Source: Candidatus Woesearchaeota archaeon
GTDB taxonomy: Archaea > Nanobdellota > Nanobdellia > Woesearchaeales > DSVV01
Direction of reading: 5' to 3'
NCBI GenBank assembly: GCA_018661705.1
Contig: JABJHR010000010.1
Coordinates: forward strand, 66,911-130,910
Length of the DNA: 64,000 nt
Part shown: piece by piece, positions 37,395-47,792 of the stretch
Position numbering within the stretch: the first letter of the stretch is position 1
Layout of the letters: each line of letters opens with the position of its first letter
Program-made: the position numbers and the translations under genes
Notes under the pieces: generated by a model
Told to the model about the DNA's origin: nothing
Database searches by the model: none
What the model saw: the letters and a program-made list of their open reading frames with translations, nothing else

Positions 37395-39236
37395 TTAATA
37401 ATTCACTAAGACTTCGACATCTTTACCAAAGATCTTTTTCATGTCTTCAAAGATTTTCTCTTTAATGAAAACTTTTGATGGAATCTCTATCTTAGCTAGG
37501 TGTTTTTCTAGCTCTTCTAGGTTACTCTTTTGAGTTGTTCCAATTCCACCATCTTTATTGATCTTTGCTATACTGATTTCTTTGTCTTTGTGATCTATGT
37601 CATGGATAATAAATGCTGTATCATCTAATAATAATACTTCACCGTATCTGTTTCCATGTTTAACTCTAATTTTGGTTCTTTCTAGTTCTCTTCCACGCTT
37701 TCTTTGCATGTATTCTACTAAGAATCTAATTAGTTCTCCAGAAACTTTTCTTGCTTGTTCAATTTCTGTTTTACCTAACTTGCCTTTATCATAATCAGCT
37801 TTTGCTTTGACTATTTCATCAAGCATTCTTAGATATTTTTGTGGAATTAATCCTTTGTGAACCATTTCATTTTCAAAGATTTTTAAGATTTCAGAATCTT
37901 TTACTTTTTCAATTCCTTCTAATCTTAAAATATCTCGAACAATTGTTACAACAGATTCATAGATATGAACAATTGATTCTTTTTCTTTCATAACTTCTAT
38001 CTGTGTGAACAGTTTTTTGATTCTCTTAAGGAATTTCTCTGCATCCGTTAACAATTTGTCAACTTCTTTTCCATTAAGTGATTCTTTTGTTCCATGTTCA
38101 AGTTCTTTTCTAATTTGGATGTTGTGTTCGAGGATTTTAACATATTCTTCCTCTAACAGTTTTTCCTTTTTAACAAACACTTCTCTAAGAAGTTTTGCTG
38201 TTTCTCTTGGAGCCGGTGGTGGAACACCATACAACATTAAAGCTGCCTGTGAAGGAGTTAAGATTGCATAGTAAGTATCTTCCATACCTATTTCTTTAAT
38301 CTTAAAGCTAACTCTTTTCAACATTTGCTCACCAGAGTTCATGAACATATCAATTGCTTCCATTGATGGTTTAATTTTTCCCATCCTGAGCAACTGTTTC
38401 CATGGCATGAAAATTCCTCTGTCGAAGAATGGCACACCATCTCTTAGTAATGTAAAGATTATTGGGTTTGCTTCTTTTAATGAGTCCCAGAAGTCTGTTA
38501 GGATATATACTTGGATGTTAAGTTTGTTTTTAATTCCAGTAATTTCTCCTGCTTCAATACCCATTCCAATAATAATTGCTCTCAGCTTATCTTTAAGCTC
38601 AGCTCTTGTCATTCTTTTGACATCTGTATCATCAATTACAATGAAAACGTCAATGTCACTTGTAGAAGTTGCTTGTCCTCTTACTAAGCTTCCGCTTAAT
38701 ACATAGGTTACAATATATTTTTCAAACTTCTTAAGAATCATATTTTTGTGAAGCTCTGCAATTTTAACTGCGCTCAACATACCTGCGTCATATACAGGGG
38801 CTGATAATGCAATTAATTGTAGAACATCATATTTTGCGTCATAACAACTTTGCCAAAGTTCTGAAAAAATAACTGTTCTTGCTTCGATATTTTTGTCTGT
38901 TTCTTTAGCAATGTTTTCAATGATTGATCCTAATTTTGATTTTAACTCTTCTTTAGACATTTTCTTTGAGTCAGTATCATCGATAAGAACTAAAACATTG
39001 ATTTTGTCTAAATTTGGTTTTCCACCTTCTTTAGGTTTTTCTGGTGGTAGTAATGCAATTCCTGCAATATAAGATTCAAATTTTCCAAGAAGTTTTTTCT
39101 TGAATGTTTCTAATTTCGCTTTAATTTTATCTAATTTTTCCTGTGCTTCTTTTGGTAGCTCAGGTGCTCCTGGTGCAACTGGCACTGCAGGTAATTTTTG
39201 AACTTTTTTAACTTTCTTTGCTTGTTTTTTACTCAT
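37395..39236 (-). CDS. Pol-beta-type nucleotidyltransferase protein (duplicated MNT plus HEPN-like domains)
   Basis: GSLVRG.ATSTSDIDVFIVIDD, a degenerate first copy INVLVLIDDTD, and YYAIL...QAALMLYG. Confidence 0.8.
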   Translation of the reverse strand: MSKKQAKKVKKVQKLPAVPVAPGAPELPKEAQEKLDKIKAKLETFKKKLLGKFESYIAGIALLPPEKPKEGGKPNLDKINVLVLIDDTDSKKMSKEELKSKLGSIIENIAKETDKNIEARTVIFSELWQSCYDAKYDVLQLIALSAPVYDAGMLSAVKIAELHKNMILKKFEKYIVTYVLSGSLVRGQATSTSDIDVFIVIDDTDVKRMTRAELKDKLRAIIIGMGIEAGEITGIKNKLNIQVYILTDFWDSLKEANPIIFTLLRDGVPFFDRGIFMPWKQLLRMGKIKPSMEAIDMFMNSGEQMLKRVSFKIKEIGMEDTYYAILTPSQAALMLYGVPPPAPRETAKLLREVFVKKEKLLEEEYVKILEHNIQIRKELEHGTKESLNGKEVDKLLTDAEKFLKRIKKLFTQIEVMKEKESIVHIYESVVTIVRDILRLEGIEKVKDSEILKIFENEMVHKGLIPQKYLRMLDEIVKAKADYDKGKLGKTEIEQARKVSGELIRFLVEYMQRKRGRELERTKIRVKHGNRYGEVLLLDDTAFIIHDIDHKDKEISIAKINKDGGIGTTQKSNLEELEKHLAKIEIPSKVFIKEKIFEDMKKIFGKDVEVLVNY

Positions 39237-39411
39237 TTTCTCACCTTTAGGTTTGTTTTATTAACTAATTGGCGTCTCATTGTCACTTTTAGTGACAACC
39301 ATATAATTAATAGTATATTTTCGTTATATAGTTTATAAAGTATTGTTTACTTCACAATATAGGTGTGTGACAAAATAGTCATATTTTAGTGTTTTTGGGT
39401 AGTTTTATTCT

Positions 39412-39425
39412 TCACTCAAGAGTAG
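39412..39425 (+). promoter_or_regulatory. YYACT-N4-AGTAG operator
   Basis: TCACTcaagAGTAG, 15 nt upstream of TTTAAATA (39441). Confidence 0.65.
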
Positions 39426-39488
39426 TTATGAATCGAAAACTTTAAATATAAGTTAGGTCTTAAGAATATTAATTTAGGGGTAATATGC

Positions 39489-41174
39489 ATGACTGATAAA
39501 GACAAAGATGATAAATCTGGCAAAGGTATCTTTGGTAAATATAGTAATGCGGCAATAATGAGTTCTCTTCTTGGTCTACATAAACAACAGTCTTCTTATG
39601 GGATTGGTAATATCTTAGCAACCACAAATAATCCTAGTGAAATTGATCCTGATCTTAAAGAACGTATGGGTAAAAAGAAATTTACATTAACAGATGGTTC
39701 TGATGATAATACAGGATTTTCTTATAGAGGAAATGCTGGTCCCTTAGGTGATAGTCTTTCTACTAAACTATGGCATGATGAAGGTTTTAGATTAGGAGCA
39801 CAAGGAAGAATGCCACCAACTGATTTAAATGATGTTATGAAGAAAGAAGCAGTTGATCTAAAACCTAAAATTAGATTTCCACATAAAATCAGTGGTATGG
39901 AAGATACTGGTTTCTTTGATATGTCTGGAAGTATGCAACGTGCAGAATACCCGCAATATGATATGTTTGGAAATCCAACTAATAATGCTGCGATAAAAGC
40001 AGAAGTTGAGAGATTGGGGCTTGGTTCTAATTTTGTTGATCTTGGTTTAGAAAAAAAATCAGAGTCTTTGGATTTTATGAATACGTATAAAGAACTAAAA
40101 AAATCAATTTATCAAGAACCTATTCTTAAGAAACAAATTACTAACTTAAAAACTAATAAAAAACTAATTAAACCATTTATTGATAGTGATGGTAATGTGC
40201 AACATCTTGATACTGCAGAATTTGCTAGGATACTTGCTGAGGCTGGACCTAAAAGAGAACCTACTTTTTATCTTGGTCCAAATCCTGCTTATGATCAACA
40301 ACAGACTGAAGAATCTGGACAAAAACCTTATGTTGGAGAAGCTCTTGCTCAACCTATAACAGTTCGTGACGAGGGGAAATTTGCAAGAAGAAATGGTTAT
40401 GTGGAAGGTCTTGAAGGTAAGTTTATGCCTCAACATGGTTTAGACTTTAAAAAATTAATACCTGAAGGATTTGGTGTAGGTTCTGTTGAAGAAGTTATTA
40501 CAAATCCACAATCATTTATGGAATATATTAGTGCAGTTCAATTAGGTGCTCCAATGTCTGGTTCAAGAAGTAATCCAAGAATACTTGCTGGAAGAATTTT
40601 AGGATTTGCAGTTGCAGTTGCTCGTGAGGCAGGAGTGATTCTTGGGGCAGAAGATGTTCCACTTTCAAACAAACATTATAATGTTTGGATGGGTGGTTAT
40701 AATGGATTAGAAAGGGCAGCATTAGAACAAGAAAAAGATAATACTGTTACATCATTTTCACAACAACCAAAACAACTATCAAGAGAAGATTTAGAAGATG
40801 AAGCAATGTATCATGCTGGATTAAGAGTTTGGGCTTCACAACATGGTGGAGAACATATTCCTGTTAACTTATTAAGAAATCCAATTGCTTTAGAAGCATG
40901 TAAGAGAACATTAGAAGGGGGAATGCCTTCACCAAATTATCAAATGAAAGATATGGCTTATTATATGACCTTATCAGCTAATATGGATCCACATATGAAA
41001 ATGCAATTTTTAAGTGGCGGTCCAGTTGCAAGAGCACAACAATTAGTATCTCAATCATCTATTGCAAATAGGGCTGAAAGCGATAAATTATTCTATGAAA
41101 TAATTGGATATGAATGTGGTTTAGCTATGAAAATGGCTGGAAACTCAGTTGTTGATCAGATGAATAAAAGATAA
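39489..41174 (+). CDS. Hypothetical protein, paralogue of 41268-42452
   Basis: Shared C-terminal domain of about 240 aa. AGGGGT RBS. Confidence 0.8.
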   Translation: MTDKDKDDKSGKGIFGKYSNAAIMSSLLGLHKQQSSYGIGNILATTNNPSEIDPDLKERMGKKKFTLTDGSDDNTGFSYRGNAGPLGDSLSTKLWHDEGFRLGAQGRMPPTDLNDVMKKEAVDLKPKIRFPHKISGMEDTGFFDMSGSMQRAEYPQYDMFGNPTNNAAIKAEVERLGLGSNFVDLGLEKKSESLDFMNTYKELKKSIYQEPILKKQITNLKTNKKLIKPFIDSDGNVQHLDTAEFARILAEAGPKREPTFYLGPNPAYDQQQTEESGQKPYVGEALAQPITVRDEGKFARRNGYVEGLEGKFMPQHGLDFKKLIPEGFGVGSVEEVITNPQSFMEYISAVQLGAPMSGSRSNPRILAGRILGFAVAVAREAGVILGAEDVPLSNKHYNVWMGGYNGLERAALEQEKDNTVTSFSQQPKQLSREDLEDEAMYHAGLRVWASQHGGEHIPVNLLRNPIALEACKRTLEGGMPSPNYQMKDMAYYMTLSANMDPHMKMQFLSGGPVARAQQLVSQSSIANRAESDKLFYEIIGYECGLAMKMAGNSVVDQMNKR

Positions 41175-41190
41175 ACTTCTTTTTCATTTT

Positions 41191-41204
41191 CTACTCTTGA
41201 GTAG
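41191..41204 (+). promoter_or_regulatory. YYACT-N4-AGTAG operator
   Basis: CTACTcttgAGTAG, 15 nt upstream of TTTATATA (41220). Confidence 0.7.
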
Positions 41205-41267
41205 TTATAAAACAAAAGATTTATATAGTAAACAGGTGTATTTTCTTTAAGATTAGGGGTAAATTCA

Positions 41268-42452
41268 ATGTCAGATGATGATTTTTTAGCAGAGCTTGGA
41301 ATAAGTGAAGAAGATTTTGTTAAGCATAATAGAGAAATTGCTAGAAATAACCAGCTTTCTGATGATGATTTTGAAGAAGTTACTGCAAATCAAGCTATAG
41401 AAACAGAAACTGCTGTAGCAAGACAAAGAAAATATGAGCTAGGTTTTGAAGCTGGTTCTAAAGGTATTGAACCCCCAAATGGGATTTTTGAAGTTTTAAC
41501 TACTACAACAAAAACTACTGCTAACTTTGACATTAATAGGGATTTGTATGCACATGAAAATCCAGATGAACAAATTGCTATTCCTGAATTAACTGCTAAA
41601 CCAACTGAGCATTTATTAATTAATCCTGACACTCAAAATCTAGTTTTTAATGCCATAGAAAAAAAAGCAAGGGCTATAAAAAATGCACAAACAAAAACCG
41701 GGCATAAAAACGTCTCAGGATTAACAGGTTATATTGAAGGACTAGAAACTAAATTTATGCCAGAACACGGAATTATATTTGACGACACTATTCCAGCAGT
41801 AATTCCTGTTAGAACTATTGAAGAAATTTTATCTGATTCTAAAGCTTTTTCTGAATTTGATCAAGCAATTCAATTACATGGCCTTTATTATGGTGACTTA
41901 GTTAATCCCTACATTGTTGCTGGAAGAATTTTAGGATATGTTATTGGGGTTGCTAGAGAAACAGGTCTTGTAATAAATGCAGGAGAGGTTCCATTAACAA
42001 CACCTCAATATAAAGTTTGGATGAATGGTTTCAATGCAACTGAGAAAGAAATACCAAATGGAAAAAAGCCAGCTCAACAAACTTTTGAAGAAGAAGTTAT
42101 GTATATGGCTGGTCTTAGAATTTGGTTAGCTAAAAATGGTGGTCAACATATTCCTGCTCAAGAATTAAGACATCCTACTGCATTAAAAAAGTGTAAAGAA
42201 ACTTTAATTGGTGGTGATAATCCTACTTATTATGGGACTAGGGAAGTTTCTTATTATCTAACTTTAGCAAAATCTATGGATCCACAGATGAAAATGTATT
42301 TCTTAAGAGGGGGTCCAGTTGCACATGCAAGACAACTTGCATCTTCATCATCTTCAATGGCACAAAACAAAGAAGAATTATTTCAGGAAGTAATTGGCCA
42401 TGAATATGGGTTAGCGATGAGAATGAGTGTGGGAATTAATAACTTAAAATAA
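41268..42452 (+). CDS. Hypothetical protein, paralogue of 39489-41174
   Basis: GY.EGLE.KFMP.HG, AGRILG, GG.HIP and MDP.MKM.FL.GGPVA are shared with the paralogue. Confidence 0.8.
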   Translation: MSDDDFLAELGISEEDFVKHNREIARNNQLSDDDFEEVTANQAIETETAVARQRKYELGFEAGSKGIEPPNGIFEVLTTTTKTTANFDINRDLYAHENPDEQIAIPELTAKPTEHLLINPDTQNLVFNAIEKKARAIKNAQTKTGHKNVSGLTGYIEGLETKFMPEHGIIFDDTIPAVIPVRTIEEILSDSKAFSEFDQAIQLHGLYYGDLVNPYIVAGRILGYVIGVARETGLVINAGEVPLTTPQYKVWMNGFNATEKEIPNGKKPAQQTFEEEVMYMAGLRIWLAKNGGQHIPAQELRHPTALKKCKETLIGGDNPTYYGTREVSYYLTLAKSMDPQMKMYFLRGGPVAHARQLASSSSSMAQNKEELFQEVIGHEYGLAMRMSVGINNLK

Positions 42453-42517
42453 TTCTTTTCTTGTGAATTTAAGCTTTAATTTTTTCTTCATCTCTTTTTT
42501 CTTATTCTTCTTTTTAT

Positions 42518-42531
42518 TTACTCGTTAGTAG
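42518..42531 (+). promoter_or_regulatory. YYACT-N4-AGTAG operator
   Basis: TTACTcgttAGTAG, 15 nt upstream of TTTATAAA (42547). Confidence 0.65.
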
Positions 42532-42602
42532 TCCTCAAACACAATATTTATAAACACTTATTTGATTCTTTATGTAATAAACATACATATGAGGTTATAA
42601 TT

Positions 42603-43163
42603 ATGGCAGGAAATGTACATACAGAAACAGCAGGATTTTCAGAAAGAGAAACTGGTATAAATGCTCTTTTAGCTGAAGAAGTTGAACCAAGACTTATAGA
42701 TGAAGAATCAATTCCTTTAGATGTTGAACTTAATCAATTTGAACAGAGAGTTTATGATGCTTTAAGACCTAAGTTTGAGAGAGTAGGTTTTGATGTGGTT
42801 GTTAAAGGTTCTACACATAAGAAACATTTTCCAGAACATGATTATAGTTGGATTACTAAAGAATTAAGAAGAGCTGGAATTAATGCTCCTATAATTAAAC
42901 AAAAAACTCCAAGTAATTTCAAATATTTAATTGTAGAAGTTTCTCCGAGCGATGGACTTAGAAATGATGATCATTCCTTTGACCATAGTTATCACTTAAA
43001 ATCTGGATTTCATTCAAGATTAAATAAATTTATGACTGGTGGTGCAGTTCCACTTGATGATGCATCAAGAATTCCTGGCTATAAAAATGATGGTGTCTAT
43101 AAATATAGATTCAAAGTTGGTCCAGAAAGAGAAGCTCATGTAGAAATAAGATATACAAATTAA
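42603..43163 (+). CDS. Hypothetical protein
   Basis: GAGGT RBS and a 186-aa ORF. Confidence 0.7.
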   Translation: MAGNVHTETAGFSERETGINALLAEEVEPRLIDEESIPLDVELNQFEQRVYDALRPKFERVGFDVVVKGSTHKKHFPEHDYSWITKELRRAGINAPIIKQKTPSNFKYLIVEVSPSDGLRNDDHSFDHSYHLKSGFHSRLNKFMTGGAVPLDDASRIPGYKNDGVYKYRFKVGPEREAHVEIRYTN

Positions 43164-43350
43164 TTTCTTTATTAGACTAATATTAAACTCTCTCGTTCAC
43201 ACCGACCAAGATTAAGTGTTAATATCTTAATGTGGTCGGACAAAACATAAATTTATCATTTTACATTTTGCTCACTTGCCAAAATTGGCGATAGTTTAAT
43301 ATTAGCCTTTTTTATTAAACTTTATATATCATACAAATAATAACAAAAAA

Positions 43351-43656
43351 ATGAAAGAAATAACATCAGAAAAACTAGCTAAATACTTTGATGTAACTGG
43401 CAGAGCTTTAAAGAAAGTTAAAATAGTTGAAGGAAAGAAAGAAATAGATTTTAAAGCTAATGCAGAAGATTTCTTAGACATGGCTCAACGTTATTATAAT
43501 GATGCAAAACATTTTGAAGAAAAAGGAGATGTTGTTAATGCGTTTGCGGCTCTTAACTATGCCCATGGTTGGTTAGATGCAGGTGCTCGTCTTAATTTAT
43601 TTGATGTTGATGGAGATAATGTTTTGTTTACAGTAGATGCAAAAGAAGATAAATAA
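43351..43656 (+). CDS. DUF357 family protein
   Basis: DMAQRYYNDAKHFEEKGDVVNAFAALNYAHGWLDAGARL. Confidence 0.9.
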   Translation: MKEITSEKLAKYFDVTGRALKKVKIVEGKKEIDFKANAEDFLDMAQRYYNDAKHFEEKGDVVNAFAALNYAHGWLDAGARLNLFDVDGDNVLFTVDAKEDK

Positions 43657-43673
43657 ATTCTTAAATCATTTTT

Positions 43674-45185
43674 TTAATTTTCTAATAATCTTTTCAAACC
43701 ATTAAGACCATTAGTTTTGTTATCTCCGTTAGAATACATTTGAGGAATTCTTAATACTGGTCCTGGTCTTATTTCAATAACACCTGCAGATACTTTTTCT
43801 TCTGCATCTATTGAATATTTTATTTCAGGTACTATTTCAACAGTATGATATTTTACTTCTCCATCTGTTTCTTTTTTCAATAACTTTTTCTTTGGTTTTG
43901 TTTCAACTGTTATTTCCCTAACAACACCATCAAAGCAGTTTATTAGTGTTGGTGTAAACCCAGGTTTATATGTTTTTAAAAAATTCCATGCCAGATTAAC
44001 ATACGGCATATCTCCTGCATAAATATGAATGTCTCCTGCTTCATTTCTTTGTTGTAATCTATAAAACGGATCAATCCCTATAACTTTTATTCTCATTGCA
44101 GAAGCTCCTAATGCATTGAATTGTTCATAAGGTAATTTTTCACCATCAACATGAACTGTTGCTTCAAGTGGTTTTAAAATTTCATGATGATATGATGTTG
44201 GAAAACCAATACTTCCCAAAACTAAAGCACCCATACCTCTACCAATTACTCTCACTGCTTTGATTACACTGGGTCTGTCCATTGGATACATTTTAAATGT
44301 TTCTTCTAATATTTGATCAATAAATTCACTTACTCTTTTTGTTCTTGCAATTTTATCAAATGAAATATCCAAAAGTTTTTCAACATATTCACTTGCTGGG
44401 TGAGTTACTGGCATAACTTTAATTAGTCTATCAATTGTATTTTCTATAACTGATTTGCTTACTTTTTTTAGTCTTTCTATATCTCTGTCTGTAAATAAAG
44501 CTTCAATTATATCATACAATACATGTCTTGCCATTTCATTTCCCGGCACTTTATCAACAGTTTTTTCAAGTAAAACTTTACTGACTTCTCTAACTTTGTC
44601 TGAGTCTTCTCTGCCATAATATTTTTCAAGAAAATTAGTTACACCTCCTGCAGCAAACACAAAACCATATTCTAGACTTTTAACATCATGTGGTTTTCCA
44701 ATTGGATATGTTCTAACTTCAAGTGTTTGTACTGGAAAAGTTGGAAATGTTTCTCCTCTATAATTTGCTTGAACAATTTTACTTATTAAAGTTTCAGGAG
44801 AATCTTTTATTTCAACAAGATTTGCAGTAAAATTAATTGTGCCTCTATTTCCAGGATAAATCAAAGGTAATTGCATAATTGGTGTTTCTGATACTTTTCC
44901 AGGATTTTCAAGATATGCTTTTCTGAGTCTTGCTTTATTAATCTGTGCAACTTGGTTAAGATAACTAGTAATACTTTGTTGGACTGTTCCATCGCCCCCA
45001 AATATTACTAATTGTTTAACACCAGCCTCAATAAATTCACTAACAGCATTTGGAACATCAGAAATATCTTCTGTTTGTCTAACTATACCATCATTTCTAA
45101 CAATTAATTCTAATCTCTCTGCTAACTTACGATCTTTTATATTTCCTTTAGCCTTTGGGTTTACTATGATGCCTATCTCTGTCAT
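43674..45185 (-). CDS. Diacylglycerol/lipid kinase family protein with large helical insertion
   Basis: IIVNPKA, GGDGTV, GTINF and a C-terminal IDAE (canonical DGE). Confidence 0.78.
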   Translation of the reverse strand: MTEIGIIVNPKAKGNIKDRKLAERLELIVRNDGIVRQTEDISDVPNAVSEFIEAGVKQLVIFGGDGTVQQSITSYLNQVAQINKARLRKAYLENPGKVSETPIMQLPLIYPGNRGTINFTANLVEIKDSPETLISKIVQANYRGETFPTFPVQTLEVRTYPIGKPHDVKSLEYGFVFAAGGVTNFLEKYYGREDSDKVREVSKVLLEKTVDKVPGNEMARHVLYDIIEALFTDRDIERLKKVSKSVIENTIDRLIKVMPVTHPASEYVEKLLDISFDKIARTKRVSEFIDQILEETFKMYPMDRPSVIKAVRVIGRGMGALVLGSIGFPTSYHHEILKPLEATVHVDGEKLPYEQFNALGASAMRIKVIGIDPFYRLQQRNEAGDIHIYAGDMPYVNLAWNFLKTYKPGFTPTLINCFDGVVREITVETKPKKKLLKKETDGEVKYHTVEIVPEIKYSIDAEEKVSAGVIEIRPGPVLRIPQMYSNGDNKTNGLNGLKRLLEN

Positions 45186-45277
45186 ATTAGAAGAAAATCG
45201 CTCATGTTTTTTATATGTTTTGGTCAGGTTTTGTGTTATTATAAGGAATTTTGTTTTTTTTATGTGAAAAAGAAAGA

Positions 45278-45511
45278 TTAATGAGTGACATGTCCTACGG
45301 ACCTAGTGTTTAATTTTATAATGTGGTGAGATAACAAAAAACAACAACAAAGGCACAGACGGACTTTTTCCAAAAGTCCTATTCGGCCGGTACTTGAGAG
45401 TTCGTAGAACTCACTCTCTTCGCACCACCTCATCTGGCCGTGTTGTTTTTTGTACTAAGAAGATAATATTTAATACTCTTTAACAATTGCGGATGCTATT
45501 TTTCTCACTAA
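45278..45511 (-). repeat. Element AB carrying nested element C (45334-45453, same strand)
   Basis: A-end GTCCTACGGACCTAGTGTT, then a C core with extended P2, then B-end ACAATTGCGGATGC...CTCACTAA. Confidence 0.88.
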
Positions 45512-45549
45512 GAGTTTTTATATCTGTAATATCAAAAAAGAAAATAATC

Positions 45550-46056
45550 TTACCATTTACCAAATAAATACCCTAGAATTAAACCAACTATTAATCCAAT
45601 TAATGTTCCAAATGAGATTATATGTGCTTTTTCTCTTAGATCATCAAGGGATGTGAAATCAAAAGATTTTTTATTTGTTTTTTCAGCGTTTTTTGCAACA
45701 GTCTCAGTTTCTTTAATGTCTTGTTCTAATAACCCTTCAAAACTTGTAAAATCTTCGTGTTTTTTAATCTCTCCTTGAAGTTCTCCAACTCTTGTTTCTA
45801 TTAACTCTGTTATTTCACCTTTTGTGTAGAAGCAACTAACTGCCTCTGCTAGGTCAGAGTCTTTTAACACATCTTTAATCCAGTTTGAGAAATCATTTTT
45901 GTTTTCATTAACATGATGAGAAAATGATTCTTTATCCATTGTTTTCAATGCTTTTAGAAGTTCTTCTAAATTTACTAATTCTCCACCACTAACTACTTTA
46001 AACTTAAAATCGTGGTGTACATTACTTAATATTTTCTTGGCTTTTTTATGCATCAT
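45550..46056 (-). CDS. DUF5752-like domain protein with C-terminal TM
   Basis: NLEEL..AL..M....FSHHVNENKNDFSNWIKDVL.D..LA. Confidence 0.7.
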   Translation of the reverse strand: MMHKKAKKILSNVHHDFKFKVVSGGELVNLEELLKALKTMDKESFSHHVNENKNDFSNWIKDVLKDSDLAEAVSCFYTKGEITELIETRVGELQGEIKKHEDFTSFEGLLEQDIKETETVAKNAEKTNKKSFDFTSLDDLREKAHIISFGTLIGLIVGLILGYLFGKW

Positions 46057-46082
46057 TTTTGTTTAATCTTTTTTTAATTAAT

Positions 46083-46601
46083 TTATTTAAATGATTTTAA
46101 CTCATTTGTAATATGTCTTAAGATTAATAATTCATTGCTTGACTTTGTTTTGTATTTTGCTAAGTCATTTGCTAATGTTTTTTCACCCATACAATCTTTA
46201 ATCCATTTTGCAAAGTCATTTTTCTTGTCATTAACATGATGCACAAAATGTTCTTCTTTCATATGTCTAATTGCTTTTGCTAAATCTAATAGATTATTAA
46301 ATTTGCTCCCACAACTGCTGTGAAACATTTTATCATTTCCAACATCTTTACTAAATTCAAAATTATGTTTATCTCCTAAATTTAGATTGTTATTCCATTT
46401 CTTATCTTTTATCCAATCCATGTTTATGTTTTTATCTTTAAAGTTTAGATTGGTAATTCCAACATTATTTGCTAGGCTTAATAATTCCTTATCTACAACC
46501 TTAGATTTCTTTGTTTTTGTTTTTTTTGCTTTAGAACTTGCAGTTTTCCTAGATTTAACTTTTTTTTGTGACATTGAAAATGTTTTTGCCATAATATGCA
46601 C
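46083..46601 (-). CDS. DUF5752-like domain protein with basic N-terminus
   Basis: NLLDL..AI..M....FVHHVNDKKNDFAKWIKD. Tandem paralogue of the previous gene; true start may be 46592. Confidence 0.7.
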   Translation of the reverse strand: MHIMAKTFSMSQKKVKSRKTASSKAKKTKTKKSKVVDKELLSLANNVGITNLNFKDKNINMDWIKDKKWNNNLNLGDKHNFEFSKDVGNDKMFHSSCGSKFNNLLDLAKAIRHMKEEHFVHHVNDKKNDFAKWIKDCMGEKTLANDLAKYKTKSSNELLILRHITNELKSFK

Positions 46602-46736
46602 CTCTTTTTATGATATAATCTTTTATAATGTAATATTATCTATATATTCTATACTCTGTAATAAAAGATATATAAATATTACTATTAAATTGGGGTTAAT
46701 ATGAAATTTTCGCTTGTTAAGGCAAGTGAGAAATAA

Positions 46737-47687
46737 TTACCTTCTTACGCCAACTTGTGCATAAGGTAAATGAATAGTTTGAGAATCTCCTATCATCTGC
46801 CCAACGATATATGATCCTTGTTTAGCATCTTTTCTTTCAAATGATTTGTATAATAAGAATTTGTTCAAAGCCTGAATATGGGCGACACCATATTGGTCAG
46901 ATACTTTTTTGATTATACCAACTGCTTCTTTTAGTTCTGTATGTGTTGCATATGAAAATTTATTTACTTGTTCATTTGAAAGTAAGGTTTGTCTATATGC
47001 CCTGCTAATTTTTCCAAGTACTTTTCTTTTGAGCGAGAAATGAAGAAAAACATGGCTTGCAAACGGTTCGCCTGCAAAGGGTCTTGGATTAGATAAATGA
47101 TCGTAACTCTTAACATATTCGCTTCTTTGCTGTGCTTTATCTTGTAATACTAATGCATTTGGTTCTACTTTTTGGCCTTCTTCTATTGGGATAAATGAAT
47201 TTGTTCTTGTATCATATCCTGCTGCTACATACATGCCGTCTTGAAATATCATAAACTTAGGTAATTCTTGTGGTAGTTCAGCACCGGGATTTCTCACATC
47301 TCTTGTTTTTAATGTTGGAATAAATATATTTGAACCAGAACCAACAAATGCTTCTGACATTATATGTGTAAATCTTGAATCTAATTTATCTTCAATTTTA
47401 TAACTTCTATCTGCTATTTTCTTCCCTCTTGCATTTTTCCATGTATAACCATTATGTCCTGCATTCAAAAAACTAGGGTCTCCCACTGGAACAACATCTT
47501 CTAGAGAAAAATAATCTGATTTTCTTATTCTTGTTCTTACTTCAGCAGCATCTCCAAGATCTGTCTCTCCAACTAATTCAGGATTTAAATCATTAACAAA
47601 AATTGCATGAATAACATTCCCTAAGTCTTCTGAATCTTCAGAAAGTTTGTGTACTTCTCCATCACATAATGCCAAATTTAGACTCAT
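46737..47687 (-). CDS. Hypothetical protein
   Basis: 316-aa ORF with a TATA about 25 nt upstream. Confidence 0.7.
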   Translation of the reverse strand: MSLNLALCDGEVHKLSEDSEDLGNVIHAIFVNDLNPELVGETDLGDAAEVRTRIRKSDYFSLEDVVPVGDPSFLNAGHNGYTWKNARGKKIADRSYKIEDKLDSRFTHIMSEAFVGSGSNIFIPTLKTRDVRNPGAELPQELPKFMIFQDGMYVAAGYDTRTNSFIPIEEGQKVEPNALVLQDKAQQRSEYVKSYDHLSNPRPFAGEPFASHVFLHFSLKRKVLGKISRAYRQTLLSNEQVNKFSYATHTELKEAVGIIKKVSDQYGVAHIQALNKFLLYKSFERKDAKQGSYIVGQMIGDSQTIHLPYAQVGVRR

Positions 47688-47792
47688 AAAATATGTTATT
47701 CTAATTAGGTTTATATATATTATTGTGATTAAGTGTTATTTATCGTAATCTTTACATAAATCTTTATAAAAATCAGAAAAACACTAATTATT

